Assembly (NCBI GenBank): GCA_965219085.1
Contig: OZ244720.1
Location: forward strand, 2,784,001 to 2,848,000
Length of the DNA stretch: 64,000 bases
DNA from: Dehalococcoidia bacterium
GTDB lineage: Bacteria > Chloroflexota > Dehalococcoidia > UBA2979
Direction: 5' to 3'
The notes beneath the pieces are model-generated. The model searched no databases and was not told where the DNA came from. It was given only the letters and a program-made list of their open reading frames with translations. The translations under genes were made by a program, and so were the position numbers. Within the stretch, counting starts at the first letter, position 1. Each line of letters opens with the position of its first letter. Below, one piece after another: positions 54,878 through 64,000 of the stretch.

Positions 54878-56593
54878 GTGAGTGGACAGAACCGGGTCAT
54901 TGTCCTGATGCTCGGGGTCCTCGCGGCCCTGGTGATCGTGGTCGGTGGACTCTCCGCCGTACTGCTGCTCAGCGGTGGTGAGGACGGCGTCACGACGTCG
55001 ACGCCCAGCGAGGGCGGCGGCATCACCAGGACCACGGGTGACGGCGGTGGCGATAGCGGCGACAGCGGAGGCGACGACGGCTCGTCCGCCGACGCCGCCG
55101 CGAGCGGCCGGCTGCGCCTGGCCGGCAACGACCCGGTCACGATGGACCCGCATCTCGCCGGCGACTCCGGCTCCGCCGAGTTCATCGTCGAGATCTTCAG
55201 CGGCCTGCTCACCATCTCGCCCGAGCTCAACATCGAACTCGACCTCGCCGAGTCGTTCGAGGTCTCAGACGACGGCCTGGTCTACACGTTCACGCTGCGC
55301 GACGACATCAACTTCCACCAGGGCCGCAGGGTGACCGCCGAGGACGTGCGCTGGTCGCTGGAACGGGCCGCCTCACGCGAGTTGGCCTCGCCGACCGCCC
55401 TCGCCTACCTCGGCGACATCATCGGCGTGCGCGAGCGCTTCTACGAGGGCGCCGAGACCATCACCGGCATCGAGGTCATCGACGACCGCACGATCCAGTT
55501 CACGATCGACGAGCCCAAGCCGTACTTCATCGCCAAGCTCACCTACCCCACGGCGTTCATCGTGGACCGCCAGCAGATCGAGGCGAACCCGCGCGGCTGG
55601 ACGCGCCGGCCCAACGGCACCGGCCCGTACCGCCTCCAGGAGTGGCGGCTGGGGCAGCGCATCGTGCTGCAGGCCAACGCGCGCTACCACCTCGGCGCAC
55701 CGTTGCTCGAGGAGGTGCTCTACGAGCTCTCGGGTGGCTCGACCCTCACGCGATTCGAGAACGGCGAGCTGGACGTCTCGTCTATCGGTGTCAACGACAT
55801 CGACCGCGCGCGCGACCCGGAGAGCGACCTCGGGCCGCTGTACCAGGTCTTCCCGCAGTTCACGATCTCGTACCTGGCGTTGAACACGAACGTGCCGCCG
55901 TTCGACGACGTGAACGTGCGTCGCGCGCTCGGGTTCTCGATCAACCGCACGCTCATCGCTGAGGTGACGTTCAACAACATGCTGGCCCCGGCGACGGGCA
56001 TCCTCATGCCGCAGCTGCCGGGCTACACGCCGGGCGATAAGACCTTCTCGTTCGACCCGGACGAGGCGCGGCGGCTGCTGGCGGCCTCGAAATACGGTTC
56101 GGCGGAGAACCTGCCGGAGATCGTCCTCACCGAGGTCGGCGGCGGCGCCGAGGGGCGCATCGACACGCAGGCATTCATCCAGCAGTGGCGGGAGGAACTC
56201 GGCATCGACGTCCGCATCGAACAGACCGACTTCGCGACGATCCTCGCCCGGCAGGACGAGGGGAGCCTGCAGATGTTCAACGCCGGGTGGATCATGGACT
56301 ACCCGGACCCGGAGGACATCCTGGACCTCAAGTTCCACTCCGGGTCCGCGCTCAACGACGTCAACTACGGCAACGCGGATGTCGACGCCATCCTCGAAGA
56401 GGCGCGCGTCGAGCAGGACCCCGGGCGCCGCCTGGAGCTGTACCAGCAGGCGGAACTCCTGATTATCGAGGATGCGGCGTGGCTGCCGCTCTACTTCTCG
56501 CAGTCCCACGTGGTGATCAACGAGGATGTGGAGGGCTGGTTCGAGCCGCCCATGGTGATTCCGCGGCTGCGTTTCGTGAGCGTCAACCGCTAG
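54878..56593 (+). CDS. Peptide/nickel ABC transporter substrate-binding protein (family 5)
   Basis: N-terminal TM anchor, YTFTLR, NGTGPY, GWIMDYPDP. Confidence 0.92.
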   Translation: MSGQNRVIVLMLGVLAALVIVVGGLSAVLLLSGGEDGVTTSTPSEGGGITRTTGDGGGDSGDSGGDDGSSADAAASGRLRLAGNDPVTMDPHLAGDSGSAEFIVEIFSGLLTISPELNIELDLAESFEVSDDGLVYTFTLRDDINFHQGRRVTAEDVRWSLERAASRELASPTALAYLGDIIGVRERFYEGAETITGIEVIDDRTIQFTIDEPKPYFIAKLTYPTAFIVDRQQIEANPRGWTRRPNGTGPYRLQEWRLGQRIVLQANARYHLGAPLLEEVLYELSGGSTLTRFENGELDVSSIGVNDIDRARDPESDLGPLYQVFPQFTISYLALNTNVPPFDDVNVRRALGFSINRTLIAEVTFNNMLAPATGILMPQLPGYTPGDKTFSFDPDEARRLLAASKYGSAENLPEIVLTEVGGGAEGRIDTQAFIQQWREELGIDVRIEQTDFATILARQDEGSLQMFNAGWIMDYPDPEDILDLKFHSGSALNDVNYGNADVDAILEEARVEQDPGRRLELYQQAELLIIEDAAWLPLYFSQSHVVINEDVEGWFEPPMVIPRLRFVSVNR

Positions 56594-56602
56594 GGACCGA
56601 TC

Positions 56603-57640
56603 GTGGCGGGCTACATCTTCCGCCGTCTGCTATGGCTGCCAGTCATCCTGGCGATCGTGTCGTTCTCGACGTTCTCGATTGCGCGTTTTGGCCCCGGCGA
56701 CCCGGTCAGCATCGCCGCGGGCCAGATCCGCGACCCCGAGGTGCTCGAGCGCGTGCGCGCCGAACGCGGCCTCGATGGCTCGGTGTTCGAGCAGTACACG
56801 CGCTGGCTGATTGGTGATCTCTATCCGGGGGGCTCGGGGGGCGGAGCGCTGCGAGGGGACCTCGGCGAGTCCTTCATCCAGCAGGGCTTCTCCGTGAACG
56901 AGTTGATCAGCAGCAAGATGGCGATCTCGGCGCAGCTTGGCTTCCTGACGCTGATCACCGTCTTCTCGGTCGGCATCCCGCTCGGGCTGTTTGCGGCGAG
57001 GTTCAACGGTACCTGGCTCGACCCATTCGTCATCTCCTCGCTGCTGTTCCTCACGTCCGTGCCCGTGCTCGTCATCATCCCGCCCGCGCTGTGGCTCCTG
57101 GCGTCGCCGAGCCAGCTTGATCTGCTCCCGGTCGGCGGGTGGGGCGGCGAAGGCCTGGACGGCATTTTCGACATCTGGTGGATCGGCGGCGTGATCGCGG
57201 TGCCGATCCCCGATCCGCACCTCTACCTGCCGGTCTTCGTGCTCTCCATCGGGGGGTTCGCCGGCATCGCGCGGCTCGTGCGCATCACCTCGCTCGAGGT
57301 GCTGAGCGAGGACTACGTCCGGACGGCGCGCGCGAAGGGGCTCACGGAGGCGACCGTCGCGATGAGGCACGTGCTGCCGAACGCGTTGCTGCCCGTGATC
57401 ACGGTCATCGGCTTCGCACTCGTCGGCATCCTCGAGGGGGCGTTCTTCACCGAGACGCTGCTCGGCATTCCCGGCATCGGACGCTTCGCGTTCGAGGCGG
57501 TGCAGAGCCGCGACTACGACGTGATCCTCGCGATCACCGTGATCCTGTCGGCGGCCTTCGTGCTCGCCAACCTCGTCGTCGAGATCGCCTACACGTGGAT
57601 CGATCCGCGCGTGCGGCTGGGTGAGGCGATCAACGGGTGA
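56603..57640 (+). CDS. ABC transporter permease (OppB/DppB-like)
   Basis: PGDP, GDLGES, DYVRTARAKGL, IDPR. Confidence 0.93.
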   Translation: MAGYIFRRLLWLPVILAIVSFSTFSIARFGPGDPVSIAAGQIRDPEVLERVRAERGLDGSVFEQYTRWLIGDLYPGGSGGGALRGDLGESFIQQGFSVNELISSKMAISAQLGFLTLITVFSVGIPLGLFAARFNGTWLDPFVISSLLFLTSVPVLVIIPPALWLLASPSQLDLLPVGGWGGEGLDGIFDIWWIGGVIAVPIPDPHLYLPVFVLSIGGFAGIARLVRITSLEVLSEDYVRTARAKGLTEATVAMRHVLPNALLPVITVIGFALVGILEGAFFTETLLGIPGIGRFAFEAVQSRDYDVILAITVILSAAFVLANLVVEIAYTWIDPRVRLGEAING

Positions 57641-58599
57641 CCACGAGCCGCGTGGAGATCGACTACGACGAACCTACCGGCACACCGGCGGGCGCGTGGG
57701 GGCAGCTGTGGCAGCGGCTGCGCCGCAAGAAGCTGGCGATGTTCGGGCTGACGGTGATCATCATCATCTACACGCTCGGCATCGGCGCGAACTGGCTCGC
57801 GCCGTACAGCTTCACCGACCAGGACCTGATCCGCGGCCTCGAGGGGCCGACGTCCGACCACTGGCTTGGCACAGACCGCCTGGGGCGCGACATGCTGAGC
57901 CGCGCGATCTACTCGGCGCGCACGACGGTGATCATTACCGCGCTCGTGGTCGTCACCGGCGGGCTCATCATCGGGCCCACGCTCGGTCTGCTCTCCGGCT
58001 ACCGGGGCGGGCGCACCGACGGCGTGATCGGGCGGGTGGGCGACGTCTTCATCTCGCTCCCCGGCCTGCCGATGCTGATCCTCGTCAACGCCTCGCTGTC
58101 CCCGCGCGTCGTCAGCTTCACGAACTGGCTCGAGGACCAGACCTTCCTGAGCGGGTTGGTGGAGACCGGGGTGCCCTCGTACTTCACGGTCTTCGGGGCG
58201 CTGTCGCTGTTCTTCTGGGTGGGCAGCATGCGCATCATCCGCGCGCAGGTGCTGCAGCTGCGCGAACGCGACTTCGTCGTTGCATCGCTGGCGATGGGGG
58301 CCGACACAAAGCACGTGATCGTCCGCCACCTGCTGCCGAACGTGTCGTTCCTGCTCATCCTGGGCGTGTCGACGGCGCTCGGCGCGGTCGCCGGGTCGGA
58401 GCTGTTGCTGACGTGGTTCGGGGTGGGCGTGCAGCCGCCGGTGCCGTCGTTCGGGGTCATGATCTTCGAGGCGGGGAGCATCCGTACCTTCTCGGAGCAC
58501 CCGCACCTGCTGATCGTGCCGTCGGGCTTCGTCGTGGCGCTGCTCTTCGCGTTCGCGCTCTTCGGCGACGCGCTCAACGACGCCGTGCGAGGCAGGTAG
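57637..58599 (+). CDS. ABC transporter permease (OppC/DppC-like)
   Basis: HWLGTDRLGRD, RHLLPN, GDALND. Confidence 0.93.
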   Translation: MTTSRVEIDYDEPTGTPAGAWGQLWQRLRRKKLAMFGLTVIIIIYTLGIGANWLAPYSFTDQDLIRGLEGPTSDHWLGTDRLGRDMLSRAIYSARTTVIITALVVVTGGLIIGPTLGLLSGYRGGRTDGVIGRVGDVFISLPGLPMLILVNASLSPRVVSFTNWLEDQTFLSGLVETGVPSYFTVFGALSLFFWVGSMRIIRAQVLQLRERDFVVASLAMGADTKHVIVRHLLPNVSFLLILGVSTALGAVAGSELLLTWFGVGVQPPVPSFGVMIFEAGSIRTFSEHPHLLIVPSGFVVALLFAFALFGDALNDAVRGR

Positions 58600-58743
58600 G
58601 TGCGGCTGCGGCTCGCCACGCGCCGGGGCCCGCCGGGCGCGCTGGCGCACACGGCTGGCCCACCCATAATCTGACTAGCGGGACTCCGCCTTCGGGCTGG
58701 GGCCCTCGGGAACCGACCCAGAGCACTGCGAGACGAGGTGCAC

Positions 58744-60360
58744 GTGCCAGTCACCGCCGAACGGCTTCCGCGCTCCCTCGTGTCGATGGAGATCGAGGTC
58801 GAGCAAGAGCGCCTGGAGGGCGCGCTGGAGAAGGCCGTACAAAAGGTCTCGCAGCAAGTGCGGATCCCCGGGTTCCGCCCCGGCAAGGCCCCGCGCCACA
58901 TCGTGGAGAGCATGGTCGGCCGCCCCGCGCTGCTGCAGGAGGCAATCGAGGACCTGCTCCCCGGCCTCTACAGCGAGGCGCTCGAGGAGCAGGAGATCGA
59001 CGCCATCGGCGACCCGGAGATCGACCTCAAGTCGACCGAACCCCTCATCGTCACCGCGATGGTGCCCGTCCGTCCGACCATCGACATCAGCGACTACCGC
59101 TCGCTGCGGGCGCCGCGCGACGAGGCCATCGCCACCCCCGAGCAGATCGAGCAGTCAATGGTCGAAGTGCGGCGTCGCTACGCGACGCTCGAGCCCGTCG
59201 ACCGGGCGGTCGAGTGGGAAGACACCGTGCGCGTCGATGTCTCCGTGAGTGTCGAGGGGCAGGGCGAGCCGCACGTCGAGGAAGGCGCGGAGTTCCGCGT
59301 CTCACAGGACGGCGTCGTCTCTCTGCCCGGCTTCCTCGACCACCTGATCGGCCTGGAGCGCGGCGGACCGCACGAGTTCGAGTTCGCGCTCCCGGACGAC
59401 TACGACGCAGAGGAGCTGGCGGGTAAGACCGCGAGCTACATCGTCACCGTCCAGGAGGTGAAGCAGGAGGTCCTCCCCGACCTCGACGACGACTTCGCCC
59501 GCTCCCTCGACGAGGAGGACATCGAGACCCTCGAACAGCTACAGGAGCGCGTCGCGGAGAACGTCCGCATACGCGTCGAGGCCGAGGGAGAGGCCGCCTA
59601 CCGCGACGAGGTCCTGGACCTGCTGCTGGCGACCTCCGATCTCGACTACCCCGAGGTGCTCGTCGAGCGTGAGCTCGACCGCCTTGTCGACGAGCAGTCC
59701 AACCACGCGTTCCACGAGCGCGAGACCTTCGACCAGTGGCTCGACGCAATCGGCAGCACCGAGGATGAGGTGCGCGATGCCCTGCGCGAGCAGGCCGACC
59801 TGATCCTGCGCCGCGGCCTCGTCATGGCGGAGCTGGCCGAGCAGGAGAGCATCGAGCCGTCCGACCAGGACATCCAGAGCGAGGTCGACACCCTGGTCGA
59901 GGAGATGAGCGGCGGCACCACGGACCTCGAGGAGCGTGCGGAGCTGCGCGGGCTCCTCGACACCGAAGAGACGCGCGGCCAGATCTCGAGCCGGCTGCTC
60001 ATGACGCAGACGCTGGAGCGGCTCGTCGAGATCGCTTCGCAGCCCGACGAGATCGAGCCGCGTCCGGCGCGGCGTCGCAGCCGCCGCCGCCGCGGGGCGC
60101 GCAGCGGCGACGAGGACGAGACGACCGCCGAGGCTGACGGCGAGGATGTCGAGGACGCTGACGACGCTGCCGAGGCCGACGGTGAGGACGTCGAGGACGA
60201 GACGACCGCCGAGGCTGACGGCGAGGACCTCGAGGACGCAGACGACGACGCAGCCGACGCAGCCGACGCTGCCGAGGACGCCGAGGATGCGTCCAGCGAC
60301 GATGCAGCCGATAGTGGATCCAGTACCGATGACGCCGATCGGGACGGCGACGAGGGTTAG
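58744..60360 (+). CDS. tig: Trigger factor with acidic repetitive C-tail
   Basis: IPGFRPGKAP; upstream of clpPX; GAGGTG RBS before GTG 58744. Confidence 0.94.
   Translation: MPVTAERLPRSLVSMEIEVEQERLEGALEKAVQKVSQQVRIPGFRPGKAPRHIVESMVGRPALLQEAIEDLLPGLYSEALEEQEIDAIGDPEIDLKSTEPLIVTAMVPVRPTIDISDYRSLRAPRDEAIATPEQIEQSMVEVRRRYATLEPVDRAVEWEDTVRVDVSVSVEGQGEPHVEEGAEFRVSQDGVVSLPGFLDHLIGLERGGPHEFEFALPDDYDAEELAGKTASYIVTVQEVKQEVLPDLDDDFARSLDEEDIETLEQLQERVAENVRIRVEAEGEAAYRDEVLDLLLATSDLDYPEVLVERELDRLVDEQSNHAFHERETFDQWLDAIGSTEDEVRDALREQADLILRRGLVMAELAEQESIEPSDQDIQSEVDTLVEEMSGGTTDLEERAELRGLLDTEETRGQISSRLLMTQTLERLVEIASQPDEIEPRPARRRSRRRRGARSGDEDETTAEADGEDVEDADDAAEADGEDVEDETTAEADGEDLEDADDDAADAADAAEDAEDASSDDAADSGSSTDDADRDGDEG
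60111..60227 (+). repeat. 36-bp direct repeat (81-nt period) in the tig tail
   Basis: cgaggacgagacgaccgccgaggctgacggcgagga at 60111-60146 and 60192-60227. Confidence 0.85.
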
Positions 60361-60414
60361 CCGGCCCGGAGGGAACGCTCGACAGGCACTGCCTGCCCAC
60401 GGAAGGACACCGCC

Positions 60415-61056
60415 TTGACGGTCTCGCCCATGAACGTCGTGCCGATGGTCGTGGAGACCACCGCGCGCGGCGAGCGCGCATACGACATCTACTCGCTGCT
60501 CCTCAAGGAGCGCATCATCTTCCTTGGGACGCCGATCGACGATCACATCGCGAACGTGATCGTCGCGCAGCTCCTGTACCTGGAGCGCGAGGATCCCGAA
60601 CGCGACATCAACATGTACATCCACTCGCCGGGCGGTGTGATCACCGCCGGCCTCGCGATCTACGACACGATGAACCTGATCCGCTCCGACGTGTCGACGA
60701 TCGCCGTGGGCGCGACCGCCTCAATGGCCACGGTGCTGCTCTCGGCCGGCGAGAAGGGCAAGCGCTACGCGCTGCCGAACGCGACGGTGCACATGCACCA
60801 GGCGATGGGCGGGGCGCGCGGTCAGGCCTCCGACATCGAGATCGCGGCGCGGGAGATTCTCCGCAACAACGAGATCATCCGTAATATCCTGGCCAAGGGG
60901 ACCGGGCAGGAGATCGAGCGGATCCGCCTCGACACGGATCGCGACTTCTACCTCAACGCCGAGCAGGCGTTGGAGTACGGGATGATCGACGAGATCCTGC
61001 AGAAGCCCGACGCCGGCGGCTCCGGCGCGAGCACCAACGGGAGCGGGATCGGCTAG
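60415..61056 (+). CDS. clpP: ATP-dependent Clp protease proteolytic subunit
   Basis: YIHSPGG, ASMA, MHQ, DRD. Confidence 0.96.
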   Translation: MTVSPMNVVPMVVETTARGERAYDIYSLLLKERIIFLGTPIDDHIANVIVAQLLYLEREDPERDINMYIHSPGGVITAGLAIYDTMNLIRSDVSTIAVGATASMATVLLSAGEKGKRYALPNATVHMHQAMGGARGQASDIEIAAREILRNNEIIRNILAKGTGQEIERIRLDTDRDFYLNAEQALEYGMIDEILQKPDAGGSGASTNGSGIG

Positions 61057-61088
61057 CACCCGAACCCGGCGGGGGCGCTGGGGGAAGC

Positions 61089-62372
<1,284 letters not shown>

Positions 62373-62394
62373 CCCGCCACTCCCCGCAGGGCTG

Positions 62395-63337
62395 CTACTC
62401 GGTGGTCAGCGTCTCGCGGTACGCCTCGAACTGCTCGTAGAACTTCTCGATGGTGAGGCCGAAGGCCTGCTCGAACGCCTCGTAGAAGGTCTGCGCTGAT
62501 GGCAGCAGGCGGAAGTACTCGAGGAGCGCCTTCTCGCCGGCGAAGTCGGCGAGCCAATGCGCGGCGACGGAGGAGAGCGCGGCCTCACTCACCTGATTCC
62601 TGAAGGGGTCGTCTCGATCGCTATAGCGCTTCTCGAAGCTGCTCAGTGGCTTGGGCGTATTCAATGCGAGACGTATCTGTCCGAGGAGAATGGCATCGAG
62701 ATCAGCGGCCCCAATGTGAGCATCGTATCTGGCGGCGGCGTACTCGGGGACGCCTTCGCAGAGCCAGAATATGCCCCAAAGGCACTGCGCATTTGCTCCC
62801 GGGGTTCGTAGAGGTATCGTGGATGATGGCGGAGCTAAGTCGAAGAGAATGCTTCTGAAATGGTTACTAGCCAAACGGCTCTTCTGAACCGATCCATGAG
62901 GAACATAGAAGGTATGGTGTACGGGTTCGCAGCCGAGTACAATCGTTAGGCTATGTGTGAGTACCATTGGAATGAAACATCCACTCCCTACTTTGAGCAC
63001 ACTCACGAACGTCGATGGAAATGACTCGGCATCAACGACGTAGACTGTGTATTCTGCAGCGGGTCCGCCAAAGCGCCGTTCATAGAATTCGGTAATTTCC
63101 GAGACTTCGGCTCGTATCTCAATCGCAGCGAGAGACGCTGCGTCGCTCAGTGAAACGACGACGGGCTCGATGCGGTCATCCGTGAGGTGTGGGTAGATCG
63201 GTGCCCTCTCGTGTCGGTAGAGTTCGACTGCCTCGTAGTAGTCATCGACCTCGATCCCAAAAGCCAGTCGGAAGGCGTGCTCCCAGCGATCGTGGATCCT
63301 CCCGAGCCGGTAGAAGTCAGCGAGGGATTCCTCCCCC
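62395..63337 (-). pseudogene. 3' part of a repeat-module protein (peptidase MA-like fold), interrupted by IS3
   Basis: Two homologous module ends (WEHAFRLAFGIEVDDYY / [17 protein letters not shown]), WLCEGVPEY; frame runs into the IS end. Confidence 0.7.
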
Positions 63338-63415
63338 TGACCTGACCCCTTGAAACGGGACCACCGTTGATGAGAGTCCTTTGGCCCATGAAAGTGGGCA
63401 GAGGAGGACATCACG

Positions 63416-63694
63416 GTGAAACGACGCAGGCACACGCCCGAGCAGATCGTGCGCAAGCTGCGCGAGGTGGAGCGGCTGCTCGGCGAAGGGCAGACGATCG
63501 CCGAGGCGGCGAAGCAGGTCGAGATCTCGGAGCAGACCTACCACCGCTGGCGCAACCAGTACGGCGGGATGAAGGCCGACGACGCCAAACGGCTGCGCGA
63601 GCTGGAGCGCGAGAACGTCCGGCTGAAGCGGATCGTCGCCGACAAGGAACTCGAGATCGACGCGCTCAAGGAGATAGCGAAGGGAAACTGGTAA
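63416..63694 (+). CDS. IS3 transposase OrfA
   Basis: HTPEQIVRKLRE, TYHRWRNQYGGM, LERENVRLK; ends in GGGAAAC -1 frameshift motif. Confidence 0.92.
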   Translation: MKRRRHTPEQIVRKLREVERLLGEGQTIAEAAKQVEISEQTYHRWRNQYGGMKADDAKRLRELERENVRLKRIVADKELEIDALKEIAKGNW

Positions 63695-64000
63695 GCCCGT
63701 CGCGCCGGCGCGAGGCGGTCTGCATGTTGCAGGACCGTCTCGGGTTGTCGGAACGGCGGGCATGCCGGGTCACCGGCCAGCACCGCTCCACGCAGCGCCG
63801 CCTCCCGGCGCGCGGCCGCGGCGACGAGGCGCTCAGGACGGAGTTACACGCCTTCTCGCGTGGCCACCCCCGCTGGGGGTACCGCCGGGCCTAGGCGACC
63901 TTGCGCGAGGAGGGCTGGGGCGTGAATCGCAAGCGGGTGCAACGGCTCTGGCGTGAGGAGGGGCTGCGCGTCCCGCTGAAGCGGCGCAAGCGTCAGCGCC
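63691..64000 (+). pseudogene. IS3 transposase OrfB with internal stop
   Basis: SERRACR...HPRWGYRRA*ATLREEGWGVNRKRVQRLWREEGL; TAG at 63892-63894. Confidence 0.85.

Larger units (their letters stand above)
63338..64000 (+). mobile_element. IS3-family insertion sequence (left part)
   Basis: Left end TGACCTGACCCCTTGAAACGGGACCAC; orfA/orfB organisation; runs off window. Confidence 0.92.

Noticed and set aside
54878-58599. ABC transporter without an ATPase as a novel system
   Set aside because: Opp/Dpp ATPases are often encoded elsewhere and shared
62395-63456. 353-aa ORF as an intact gene
   Set aside because: Its first ~40 codons are the reverse complement of the IS3 left end, so the start is an artefact

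Overview
High-GC bacterial chromosomal window, most likely Chloroflexota/Dehalococcoidia-like (inferred from the FtsZ C-terminus [12 protein letters not shown]1A with C-terminal Ig-like repeats, gatCA without gatB, nrdR-nrdJ next to ftsZ, and GAAC-N4-GTTC-type SOS boxes). The backbone is housekeeping: PBP1A, gatCA, trpS, argS, nrdJ/nrdR, a dcw cluster (mraZ to ftsZ, no murE or murB), mog-trmD-rplS, priA-def-yajC-secDF, selB, an HDAC-family deacetylase, hemW, aspS, a peptide ABC transporter and tig-clpP-clpX. An IS3 with a nonsense mutation lies at the right edge. Small accessory islets of 0.3-2.3 kb sit between core genes. Main observation: three islets with no integrase are bounded by a second copy of the neighbouring core-gene end or promoter. 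These are the trpS 5' end plus three copies of its promoter, the last 80 bp of secF (81% identical, same frame, several synonymous changes), and the hemW-aspS intergenic region (31 bp identical). Truncated genes lie at the junctions. This suggests repeated, homology-anchored accretion of DNA from relatives at core-gene borders. Other points of interest are an FtsZ with a 287-aa acidic N-terminal extension and two possible starts, a SecF with a large SH3-like/acidic insert, and probable non-canonical CTG/ATC start codons.
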